A DNA stretch of 42,237 bases from positions 1 to 42,237 of the IMG/VR virus record IMGVR_UViG_3300032008_000010; one strand, 5' to 3'. Under the pieces are notes generated by a model. That model had not been told where the DNA came from. It did not search any database and was given only the letters and a program-made list of their open reading frames with translations. This document shows positions 9,016 to 17,565 of the stretch, in pieces. The stretch comes from a virus (lineage: Duplodnaviria; Caudoviricetes). The stretch's first letter is position 1. Every line of letters begins with the position of its first letter. Position numbers and translations under genes: made by a program.

Positions 9016-9405
9016 GTGTCCGACTACACCCCGGTGAACCGCGACGAGCCGTTCACCTACACCGCCGGGGCGACGATCACCGGAGGCACGCTGGTGACCG
9101 TCTCGGCCAACAACACTGTGAGCCCCTCCACATCCGGCGACCACTCGGTCGGCGTGGCGGCCCACGATGCCCCGAACGGCGGCCGGGTGACGGTCTACCC
9201 GCTGTCAGGTGGCGTGCATGAGGTGCTGATCCAGAACACCATCGTGATCGCCGCAGGAGCACCGATCATCGCCGGGACGACCGGGTTTGTGAACACCGGC
9301 ACCCTGGCCACAGTCGCGGCGGCAGGAACCCTCATCGGGATCTGCATCCGGGGCGGCACCGGAGACGGCTCCACCGTCAAGGCGCGCTTCATCGGCGTCC
9401 AGTAG
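9016..9405 (+). CDS. Capsid decoration/cement protein (DUF2190-like), paralog 3
   Basis: Same M.DYT.V start and GVAAHDA..G.RVTVY motif. RBS GAAGGAG. Confidence 0.75.
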   Translation: MSDYTPVNRDEPFTYTAGATITGGTLVTVSANNTVSPSTSGDHSVGVAAHDAPNGGRVTVYPLSGGVHEVLIQNTIVIAAGAPIIAGTTGFVNTGTLATVAAAGTLIGICIRGGTGDGSTVKARFIGVQ

Positions 9406-9463
9406 GACGCCTGCCCAGCATCAACCAAAGGGGCCACCGGCCCACTGTCCAGAGGAGTAGGAA

Positions 9464-10387
9464 ATGCCCGGATCGTACCCGGCGAGCCCCCCAACCCTGT
9501 CGGGCGACACCGAGACCATCTCTCGGTTTCTGCAGAGCCCGACGCAGATCAGGCGGCGGCTGCGCGACTACCGCGACCTCCGGTTCGTGGCGGATCAACT
9601 GCTGACGCAGCGGTTCCGCACGAGCGGCGGCGCGGCCCTGTACGAACTGTCCGAGCCGTTCGTGACCGACCGCACCGTGGAGGCTGTGGGCGCTGGGGCT
9701 GAGTACCCGTTCGCCAACATGCCGACCGGCACGGCCGGGATCGCGTCGGTGTCCAAGTGGGGCCAGAAGGTCCGGATCACCGATGAGGAGATCGCCCGCA
9801 ACGTCTACGCCGGCCAGACGGTTGACCGGGCGTTGCGGAAGGTCGTCAACTCGGTGATCTCCCAGGTGGACGGCACGGCGATGAGCGCCCTGGTCTCGGC
9901 TGTGACCGACACCGTGAACGGCACGGCTGTCTGGTCGAACGCGGGCACGCGGACGATCTTCCAGGACATCCTCCTGGCGAAGGCGCACATCTACGGCAAG
10001 AACCTGGGCTACAAGCCGGACACCCTGGTCGTCGATGACAACCACTACGCCTACATGATGTCCGACACGGCGATCACCAACGCGCTGCGCAGGGAGACGA
10101 CCGACAACCCGATCTACACCGGGATGCTGGAGATCATCGGCGGCCTCGTCATCGTGGTCTCGCCCTCCTCTGCGCTGGCCACTCACCCGTATGTGCTCGA
10201 CTCGTCGCAGCTTGGCGGGATGGCCGACGAGATGGACGACGCCCCGGGCTATGCGATGGACCAGCTTGCGGTCCAGATCAAGAGCATCCGCCTGGACGCC
10301 AATGACGCGTGGGACTTGCAGGGGCGGCGCAAGACGGTGCCGATCGTGCAGGAGCCCGCGTCGGCCTGCGAAATTCTGGTCGCCTGA
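9464..10387 (+). CDS. Major capsid protein
   Basis: 307 aa, after scaffold and decoration genes. V..GAEYP...KWGQKVRITDE motif typical of actinophage HK97-fold capsids. RBS GAGGAG. Confidence 0.88.
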   Translation: MPGSYPASPPTLSGDTETISRFLQSPTQIRRRLRDYRDLRFVADQLLTQRFRTSGGAALYELSEPFVTDRTVEAVGAGAEYPFANMPTGTAGIASVSKWGQKVRITDEEIARNVYAGQTVDRALRKVVNSVISQVDGTAMSALVSAVTDTVNGTAVWSNAGTRTIFQDILLAKAHIYGKNLGYKPDTLVVDDNHYAYMMSDTAITNALRRETTDNPIYTGMLEIIGGLVIVVSPSSALATHPYVLDSSQLGGMADEMDDAPGYAMDQLAVQIKSIRLDANDAWDLQGRRKTVPIVQEPASACEILVA

Positions 10388-10456
10388 CCAGCGGTCGCCC
10401 CGACCGTGCCGGGGCAGCCAACCGCCCCGCCGTGCGGGGCAGAAGGGAGCAGCCTC

Positions 10457-10954
10457 ATGGCTGCCACAACGGAGAAGCCGACGACCTGGTACCGGGTCAC
10501 CGCGCCGCTCGTCTATATGAAAACGGGCACCGCTGAGGGGCCGCGCATCCTCGGGCTGAACGCTGGAGCTCCGGTGCCGTTCGACGTCCCGGAGGCGCAG
10601 CTTCAGCATCACATCAGCCACGGCCTGGTGGAGCCGTTCCAGATGACCGGCCCGGAGGCTGGGGTGCTGCGCCGCGCTCGCGGGGCTGCCCCCGGCGCAT
10701 CCCCGGAGCAGGTCGCCGCCGGCGCTGAGGAGGCGGAGCAGGAGGCCATCGTGACCCGCGCCCCAGCCGCGCCGCCTGAGCCGGTGGCGGCTGTGGTGGA
10801 GCCTGACGGGCCGCATGGGCAGCAGCCCGGCGATGAGGGCGGCCCGGGGACTGCGACGCCGAGGCTCCCTACATCACCCCGTCCGGGTTCGGGCTCATCT
10901 CGTCGCGGCTCACCTACCCGGCCGGGGTCACGGCAGAGCCCGGAGGACAGCTAG
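10457..10954 (+). CDS. Hypothetical head-associated protein with low-complexity C-terminus
   Basis: RBS GAAGGGAG before ATG 10457, in frame with ORF 10406..10954. Directly after the capsid gene. Confidence 0.6.
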   Translation: MAATTEKPTTWYRVTAPLVYMKTGTAEGPRILGLNAGAPVPFDVPEAQLQHHISHGLVEPFQMTGPEAGVLRRARGAAPGASPEQVAAGAEEAEQEAIVTRAPAAPPEPVAAVVEPDGPHGQQPGDEGGPGTATPRLPTSPRPGSGSSRRGSPTRPGSRQSPEDS

Positions 10955-10957
10955 AGG

Positions 10958-11410
10958 ATGGCTGAGCCCTGGGCACCAGTTCTCGCGGATGTTGCGCGTC
11001 ATATCCCGACGCGGACCCGCGATGTGCTGACGCCCGGGGCTGACCGGATGCTCGGGACGTTCACGCCGAACACGACCCCGACCGGGGATCAGGCGCAGGG
11101 CGTCATCGACGACGCGGTCGCCTGGGTGCTCGCCCAGGCCGGTGACCTGCCTACGTCGGGCAGCGATCTGGGGACGATCTGGGCGGCGGCGAAGGCGGCA
11201 GCCGAATGGCGGGCTGCGGCTGACATCGAGGTCGCCTACCCGAACCGGGACGCGGATGTCAGGGTCTACGCCCAACTGGATGCGCGGGCGACGGCGGCGA
11301 TGGCGATCCTCCAGCAGGCGCTCATCCTCGACGTTGGCGGCCCGATAGAGCAGGTGCCGATCTGGCAGTCCCCCGTCCCGGTGACGTGGGGCGACGATCT
11401 GCTGCTGTGA
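10958..11410 (+). CDS. Head-to-tail adaptor
   Basis: Position, size and helical W.P..ADVA..IP.RTR...TPT..Q....I pattern. Confidence 0.65.
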   Translation: MAEPWAPVLADVARHIPTRTRDVLTPGADRMLGTFTPNTTPTGDQAQGVIDDAVAWVLAQAGDLPTSGSDLGTIWAAAKAAAEWRAAADIEVAYPNRDADVRVYAQLDARATAAMAILQQALILDVGGPIEQVPIWQSPVPVTWGDDLLL

Positions 11411-11425
11411 GAGGAGGGGAGACTG

Positions 11426-11965
11426 ATGCCGAACTACGGCCAGGTGGAGATCGTGTTCGACTCTGCCGCGATCCGGGCGTGGGCTGATGAGGGCATCCAG
11501 CCGCTCGCCGCCCTCGACCGTGCGGCGGCGCTGGTGACGCAGAACATGAAGCGGCTCTGCCCGGTCTCCCCAACGCAGGCGGTCTACGCCTATCCGGTGC
11601 CGCTCGGCCGCTCCACCGGGCCGCCGCACGCGGGGCGGCCTATCGCCCGCCCATCCGGGGCGGCGGTCTCCCGGCTCCGCTATCAGGGTGACCTGCCGCT
11701 CCGCCCATCCGGGTATCTGCGGAACTCGATCCAGGCGTTCCGGGAGGCTCCCGGGTCGGTCATCATCGGCCCCACCGCGCCCTACGGCCGGTATGTCAAC
11801 GACGGGACGCCGCCGCATGGCATCGACTCGACGGGGCCGTGGCCGCTGCGGAACCGGGCGACCGGGCAGGTGTTCGGCCGCCACGTCAACCACCCGGGGA
11901 CGAGGGCGACCCATTTTGTCGAGCGGTCGGTCGAGATCCTGAGCGGGGTGGTGATCCGTGTCTAG
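11426..11965 (+). CDS. HK97 gp10-like neck/tail completion protein
   Basis: K..CPV...SGYLRNSI...Y..YVNDGT.PH.I...VNHPGT motif. Confidence 0.75.
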   Translation: MPNYGQVEIVFDSAAIRAWADEGIQPLAALDRAAALVTQNMKRLCPVSPTQAVYAYPVPLGRSTGPPHAGRPIARPSGAAVSRLRYQGDLPLRPSGYLRNSIQAFREAPGSVIIGPTAPYGRYVNDGTPPHGIDSTGPWPLRNRATGQVFGRHVNHPGTRATHFVERSVEILSGVVIRV

Positions 11966-12401
11966 CCCGATCCAGGCGACCGCCGCCGTCCGCGCATGGG
12001 TCAACGGCAAGACGAACGATCTTGTCGGGCCTGGGAACCCGCTGGCGAATGGGGCGTTCCTGCTGCCGCAGCGGTCCCCCGACTCCGGGGCATATGCCGT
12101 CCTGATGCGGCTCGCCTCACCCCGCCCCGATGCCGTAGCCGAGGATGCTGACCCGCTGAATGCGCGGGTCGGCGCGCTCGTCTACCACGGCGACTATGAG
12201 CTATCCGAACTCGCCGCAGCTGCCCTCGCTGACGCCTGGAACAACCTGAACGGGAACCCGGAGCGGTGCCCCGGCACCGGGGTGACGATCCTCGTAGCCG
12301 ACAACGTGACGCTGCCGCTGTATGTGCCGCAGCCGCCTGACACCGGGGAGACGTACTGCTTCCAGGTGACCGCCGATTTTATGCTGACCAGCCAGATGTG
12401 A
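11958..12401 (+). CDS. Probable tail terminator
   Basis: Position between gp10-like gene and tail tube, 147 aa, overlapping GTG start. Confidence 0.55.
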   Translation: MSSPIQATAAVRAWVNGKTNDLVGPGNPLANGAFLLPQRSPDSGAYAVLMRLASPRPDAVAEDADPLNARVGALVYHGDYELSELAAAALADAWNNLNGNPERCPGTGVTILVADNVTLPLYVPQPPDTGETYCFQVTADFMLTSQM

Positions 12402-12414
12402 ACAGGAGACCGAA

Positions 12415-12774
12415 ATGGCTGCACTCACCCCCGTCCTCTGCGCCCGCTCAGGCGGCGGCGACATCGCTGCCGGCCTGACCTCCGCTGGCGCTGGCGGCGA
12501 CACCCTCCCGTCTGGCTACCAGAACTTCCTCCGGGTCAAGAACGGCAACGCGGCGGCCTGCACCGTGACTGTGACCCCGGCAGCGTCAGGCGGCCCGCTC
12601 GGCACGACCGTCGCCCCGTTCGCCCTCTCCCCCGTCGTCGGCGCGACGACCGGCGACCGGATCTACGGGCCGTTCCCGCAGAACCCCTTCGGCGACTCCA
12701 ACGGGAACGTCAACGTCTCGTACTCGGTGACCGCGACCGTCACAGTCGAGTGCCTGCAAATGAGCACGAGCTAG
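12415..12774 (+). CDS. Small beta-rich structural protein
   Basis: RBS AGGAG. GDT...FLRVKNG....TVTV...RIYGPF...V.VSYS pattern of small actinophage virion proteins. Confidence 0.6.
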   Translation: MAALTPVLCARSGGGDIAAGLTSAGAGGDTLPSGYQNFLRVKNGNAAACTVTVTPAASGGPLGTTVAPFALSPVVGATTGDRIYGPFPQNPFGDSNGNVNVSYSVTATVTVECLQMSTS

Positions 12775-12777
12775 CCG

Positions 12778-13254
12778 ATGGCCGACGAGAAGCCTCCCGG
12801 CCGCCGCCGGGCTGCGGACCCGGAGGAGGCCGCCGCCCGGGAGCAGGCTGCCGCCGACGCGGCCGGCGCTGCCGCTGCCGCCGACCCTGGCCTGCCAGCG
12901 GACCCGCCGGTTGTGGAACCGCTCAGCGGGCAGGCCGCCAGCGACGCCCAGGCTGCCGCTGACGCCGCCGGCAGGGCAGCCGCCGGCCTGCCCGCCCCTG
13001 AGCCGGCAGACGCCGACCTGCGTAAAGCAGCCGTTTACTCGGAACTGGCCGAGGAGGCCGGTCATCCCACGGCCTATATCGCCCGCCGCAACCTGCCCAT
13101 CGGCGGCGAGATGGGCGATATGCCGCCCGGAGTGGCGGCCTTCCAGGCAGGCGATCAGGTGCCTGCCGAGCATGTGCAGAGATTCGGCTGGGCCGCATTC
13201 GTGGACCCGCCGCCAGCGCCGCCCGCCCCTGCGGGCGCGGAACCCGAGGAGTAG
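12778..13254 (+). CDS. Hypothetical Ala/Pro-rich protein upstream of the tail tube
   Basis: Tightly packed between neighbours. C-terminal AF..GD.VP.EHV..FGW motif. Confidence 0.6.
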   Translation: MADEKPPGRRRAADPEEAAAREQAAADAAGAAAAADPGLPADPPVVEPLSGQAASDAQAAADAAGRAAAGLPAPEPADADLRKAAVYSELAEEAGHPTAYIARRNLPIGGEMGDMPPGVAAFQAGDQVPAEHVQRFGWAAFVDPPPAPPAPAGAEPEE

Positions 13255-13257
13255 AAC

Positions 13258-13815
13258 ATGCCACGCGGCACCGCAGCGAACCTCAGCCTCGGGCCGGGGT
13301 ATCTCTACATCGCCCCGCTCGGGACGACCGAGCCCACCGACCTTGCCACCGCCTGGGCGACCGTCTCCGCCTCCTGGGTGGCCATCGGCTATACGGCGCA
13401 GGGCTCCGAGTTCGACTACCAACTGAACACCAGCCCCGTCATGGTGGCGGAGGAACTGGACCCGATCTCCAACGCGTCGGACGGGCGTAGCTCCATGCTC
13501 AAGTTCGTCATGTCGGAGATCACGGCCACGAACCTCAAGCGGGCGTCCAACGGCGGGACGATCACGACCGGCTCCGGGATCGTCACGTTTGAGCCACCGG
13601 ACCTGGGGACTGAGACGCGGACGATGCTCGGCTTCGAGTCGGAGGATCACTCCGAGCGGTGGGTGTTCCGCCAGTGCCTCATGACCGGCCAGTTGCAGAT
13701 CCTCCGCCAGAAGGGTGCGAACAACGCGACGATGGCCTGCGAGTTCACGCTGGAAAAGCCGGCGACCGGCTCCCGGCTGTTCAAGGCGATCTACGCAGCC
13801 CCGGCCCGCCAGTAG
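13258..13815 (+). CDS. Major tail (tube) protein
   Basis: GPGYLYIAPLGT.EP...W..IGYT..G motif. Upstream of chaperone and tape measure. Confidence 0.85.
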   Translation: MPRGTAANLSLGPGYLYIAPLGTTEPTDLATAWATVSASWVAIGYTAQGSEFDYQLNTSPVMVAEELDPISNASDGRSSMLKFVMSEITATNLKRASNGGTITTGSGIVTFEPPDLGTETRTMLGFESEDHSERWVFRQCLMTGQLQILRQKGANNATMACEFTLEKPATGSRLFKAIYAAPARQ

Positions 13816-13853
13816 GCGGCCGTCCCTAACCGTGCTAAGGGAGAGATGATCTC

Positions 13854-14417
13854 ATGCCACGACAGTTCAGCAGTGACCTGCCTGAGCGGCCAGAGGGCGA
13901 GGAGCAGCCGCTCCCGCCGCTGGCCAGCATCAGCTTCACGCTCGACGGCGAGGAGTTCCGCTGCCTCGGGCCGGGCAACGCCTGGCACATGTCCGAGCTA
14001 GCCCGGCAGGCGGCAGCCGGCGACGGCCTGGCGACGCTGTCGCTGATGGCCCAGTCGATGTACGAGGCGCTCGGCCCTGCTGAGTACCAGCGGATGCAGG
14101 AGCACATCGAGGAGCACAAGACGCCGGATGAGACCCTGACGGCGATCATGGAATATGTGAATGAGGAGGCTCTGGCGCTGGCCGAGGCTGATGCCGGCCG
14201 CCCTACGGGGCCGCGTGGGCGCTCCTCGACTGGGCGGCCACCACGGGCGCGCCAGATGTCACGAGTCATCTCCTTGCAGCGCGGCACAGTGATCATCTCG
14301 GAGGAGGGCGAGGAGGGGCTGCCGCCGAGGATGCCGCAGGATCACAGGGCTCCTGGTGGGAAGCAGCGGCCGGGCAGGACTGGGCAGAAGGGACGGGCCT
14401 CCGCAGCTACGGGCTGA
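13854..14417 (+). CDS. Tail assembly chaperone (gpG-like)
   Basis: Between tail tube and tape measure. FTLDGEEF..C and GRPT motifs. Confidence 0.8.
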   Translation: MPRQFSSDLPERPEGEEQPLPPLASISFTLDGEEFRCLGPGNAWHMSELARQAAAGDGLATLSLMAQSMYEALGPAEYQRMQEHIEEHKTPDETLTAIMEYVNEEALALAEADAGRPTGPRGRSSTGRPPRARQMSRVISLQRGTVIISEEGEEGLPPRMPQDHRAPGGKQRPGRTGQKGRASAATG

Positions 14418-14653
14418 GCCCGAGGGCGCTCTGCGACCTGGCGGAGTGGCTGCTGCGGAGGTCGCTGTGGGAGGACGATGTGACGCAACTGCTCGCCGGC
14501 ATCGCCGGGGCGCTCGGCCAGAAGGGTGTCTCCGGGTATGAGCCGCCACGCTCGCGGCTCGCCGCCGAGCTAGCCGGCGCGGGCGGGGAGACGGCAGCCG
14601 AGCGGCGAGCCCACATCATGTCCATCGACGACGGCGACGTGGAGGTCATCTGA
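14192..14653 (+). CDS. -1 frame extension of the tail assembly chaperone (gpGT-like)
   Basis: The -1 frame is open from just after TGA 14189-14191 to TGA 14651-14653, which overlaps the tape measure ATG. Reads PYGAAWALLDWAA...DDGDVEVI. No obvious independent RBS/start. Confidence 0.7.
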   Translation, partial: CRPPYGAAWALLDWAATTGAPDVTSHLLAARHSDHLGGGRGGAAAEDAAGSQGSWWEAAAGQDWAEGTGLRSYGLSPRALCDLAEWLLRRSLWEDDVTQLLAGIAGALGQKGVSGYEPPRSRLAAELAGAGGETAAERRAHIMSIDDGDVEVI

Positions 14654-17559
14654 TGGCATTCGGTGCCATAGCTGACGCCTTCGTCCGCCTCCGCGTCGAC
14701 TCCAGCCAGGTAGCCCGCGACACAGCCAAGGGCGTCGAGGAGGGCGCTGCCGCAGCGGACACGGCCGGCGCTGGGCAGTCCGCCGGCGGCAAGTTCAGCC
14801 AGGGGTTCGCCTCCCAGCTTCGGCGGGGCTCATGGGCGGCTGAGGGCGACCGGGCGGGCAAGTCGTTCGGGGAGCGGTTCGGTGCCCAGACCGGCGCGGC
14901 CACCAGGCAGATCGCCCGCGTCGGGTTCGTCGCCATCGGCGCGGCTATGGTCGGCTCCGTCGTCGCCGCCCAGCAGTTTCAGTCGGCCATGCTCCGCATC
15001 CATACGCAGGCGGGCGGGACGAGCCGGGATGTCCAAATCCTGAGCAGGGAGATCCTCGGCCTGCGGGATGTGCAGCAGTCCCCCATCCAGCTTGCCAACG
15101 CCATGTACCACCTGAAGTCGGTCGGGCTCGACAACGTGGACGCGATGAAGGCGCTCCGCGCCGCGTCCGATCTCGCCGCTGTCGGCGGCGCGAACCTGGA
15201 GGAGACGACGAATGCCATCGCCGGCGCGTGGCGGTCAGGCATCCGGGGAGCCCAGTCGTTCGGGCAGGCCGCCGCGACGGTCAACGCCATCGTCGGCGCT
15301 GGGAACATGCGGATGGGCGACTTCATCAACGCCGTGGGCACCGGCATCCTCCCCGCCGCCCGCACCTTCGGCCTATCGCTGAAGGATGTCGGCGCGGCGC
15401 TGGCGCTGATGACCGACGAGGGGATACCGGCGCAGGTCGCCGCTACCCGCCTGCGTATGACGTTCTCGCTGATGGCCGCCCCGTCCAAGACCGCCGAGGC
15501 GCACCTGGAGTCCATCGGCCTGACCGGGCTCCAGGTAGCCAACGCGATGCGCAGCCCCGGCGGCATCGTCACCGCCATCGGCCTGCTCAAGAAACACCTG
15601 GACGCATCCGGGCTGTCCGCCTCCCAGCAGGCGATCCTCCTCTCCCACGCGTTCGGCGGCGGCCGGTCCTCCAGCGCCATCCTGACCCTGCTCAACAACT
15701 ACGAGGTGCTGCGGCGCAAGCAGGAGCAGATCAACCACTCCCTCGACAGGTTCGGCCCAGCGGTCGTAGCGCAGCGCAAAACAGCCTCCGCCCAGTGGCA
15801 CATCCTGGGCGCGGACCTGGAACGGATCGGGATCATCGCCGGGTCGAAGCTGCTGCCGATCATCACCAAGGTCGTCGGCTGGCTCGCCAACTCCAAGATG
15901 CTGCTGCCGATCATCGTCGGGCTGATGGCCGTGTTCACCGTCGCGATCCTCGCCCAGGCCGCCGCCTGGGTGATCTTCAACGCGGCGACGCTCGGCATCG
16001 TCGCCGGGGTCGTCGCGATCATCGCCGGGATCATCCTCCTCGCCACCCACTGGAAGCAGGTCTGGGGGTGGATGCGCGGCTGGATCATGCCGGTCGTGGA
16101 TGCGGTCAAGAGGTTCGCGCTGGCGATCTACAATGACATCGAGCCCGCGCTGCACACGCTGGCGGTCATCGCCAAGGGCGTGTGGTTCGTCGTCTGGTCC
16201 CTGGCGAAGATCGCGTTCACGCTGATCTTCGGGTTCGTGCTGCTGGCCGTCAAATACTGGCAATTCAACTTCCGCATCATGGCGGCTGTCGCGACCTGGC
16301 TCTGGCAGAGGATCATCGGCCCGCAGGTGCAGTTCCTCTGGCACAACATCATCAAGCCGGTCTTCGACGCGATCCGCAAAGCCTGGGACTTCCTGTGGGG
16401 CCATATGCGCGACTTCATGGGAGCGATCTTCAAGGTGCTGGTGGGGATCATCCAGGGCTGGTGGAATGTCATCTCGGCCGTGTTCGGGTTCATCATCAAC
16501 GGCGCGGCCAAGGCGTTCGGCTGGGTGCCTGGGCTGGGGCCGAAGCTGAAGACGGCGGCGGCGCAATTCGACTCGTTCCGCGACCGGGTCAACGCGGCGC
16601 TCAACGGGATCAACGGCCGGACGATCACCCTTGGGGTCGCGCTGACCCAGCACGCGCTCCGCAACGCCCAGCTGGGGCCAGGGCAGAAGCCCGGTGGCGG
16701 CCTGGCGGCGGGCGGCTTCATCCGGGAGGGGACGACCGGGACCGCCGATGACGTGCCGATCTGGGCGAGCCGGGGCGAGTACATGGTGAAGGCGGCGGCG
16801 GTCGCCAAGTACGGCACGCACATGATGGATGCGATCAACGCCGGCCGGTACGCGCAGGGCGGCCTGATCGTGCAGACGCGGACCCCGTCCCGGCCGCAGA
16901 TCGACTCGGTGATCATCCCGCCGATCATCGCGATGGCCCAGGCGTTCGCCAGGCAACTGCTCGCCGCGCTCGCCGCAGCAGCGCGGGGAAGCGGCGGCGC
17001 TCCCGGCGGCCTCGGCGGCCCCGCCTCAGCCGGGGCGGCGCAGGCGCAGGCATACGCCCGGTCGCGGCTCGGCGCATACGGCTGGGGGCCGGGGCAGATG
17101 CCGCCGCTCATCGCCCTATGGAACGGCGAGTCAGGATGGAACCGCCTCGCCCGCAACCCGAGCAGCGGCGCGTATGGCATCCCGCAGGCGCTCCCGCCGG
17201 GGAAGATGGGGCCGGCGGCGAACCCGCCCACCTCATCGGCGGCGGCACAGATCAACTGGGGGCTCGGCTACATCAAGGGCCGGTACGGGTCGCCCGGCTC
17301 CGCCTACGGCTCCTGGCTGTCCCGCTCCCCGCACTGGTATGACCAGGGCGGGTGGATGCCCCCCGGGCTGTCGCTCTCATACAACGGGACGGGCGGCTGG
17401 GAGCGGCTGGAGCGGGTCACCGGCTCCGGGTCCGATGGCCTGGCGCGGAGACTCGACCGGCTCATCGACGCGGTGGAGCGGGTCGCGCCAGGCGTCGCGG
17501 ATGGCATCAATGCGGCGGCGCGATCCGGTGCCCAGCGCGGCTACTACGCGACGAGGTGA
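14653..17559 (+). CDS. Tape measure protein with C-terminal lytic transglycosylase domain
   Basis: 968 aa. TP901-type core, Trp-periodic hydrophobic repeats, and ESGWN...AYGIPQA...QINWGLGYIKGRYG SLT motif. Confidence 0.93.
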   Translation: MAFGAIADAFVRLRVDSSQVARDTAKGVEEGAAAADTAGAGQSAGGKFSQGFASQLRRGSWAAEGDRAGKSFGERFGAQTGAATRQIARVGFVAIGAAMVGSVVAAQQFQSAMLRIHTQAGGTSRDVQILSREILGLRDVQQSPIQLANAMYHLKSVGLDNVDAMKALRAASDLAAVGGANLEETTNAIAGAWRSGIRGAQSFGQAAATVNAIVGAGNMRMGDFINAVGTGILPAARTFGLSLKDVGAALALMTDEGIPAQVAATRLRMTFSLMAAPSKTAEAHLESIGLTGLQVANAMRSPGGIVTAIGLLKKHLDASGLSASQQAILLSHAFGGGRSSSAILTLLNNYEVLRRKQEQINHSLDRFGPAVVAQRKTASAQWHILGADLERIGIIAGSKLLPIITKVVGWLANSKMLLPIIVGLMAVFTVAILAQAAAWVIFNAATLGIVAGVVAIIAGIILLATHWKQVWGWMRGWIMPVVDAVKRFALAIYNDIEPALHTLAVIAKGVWFVVWSLAKIAFTLIFGFVLLAVKYWQFNFRIMAAVATWLWQRIIGPQVQFLWHNIIKPVFDAIRKAWDFLWGHMRDFMGAIFKVLVGIIQGWWNVISAVFGFIINGAAKAFGWVPGLGPKLKTAAAQFDSFRDRVNAALNGINGRTITLGVALTQHALRNAQLGPGQKPGGGLAAGGFIREGTTGTADDVPIWASRGEYMVKAAAVAKYGTHMMDAINAGRYAQGGLIVQTRTPSRPQIDSVIIPPIIAMAQAFARQLLAALAAAARGSGGAPGGLGGPASAGAAQAQAYARSRLGAYGWGPGQMPPLIALWNGESGWNRLARNPSSGAYGIPQALPPGKMGPAANPPTSSAAAQINWGLGYIKGRYGSPGSAYGSWLSRSPHWYDQGGWMPPGLSLSYNGTGGWERLERVTGSGSDGLARRLDRLIDAVERVAPGVADGINAAARSGAQRGYYATR

Positions 17560-17565
17560 CCGCCG

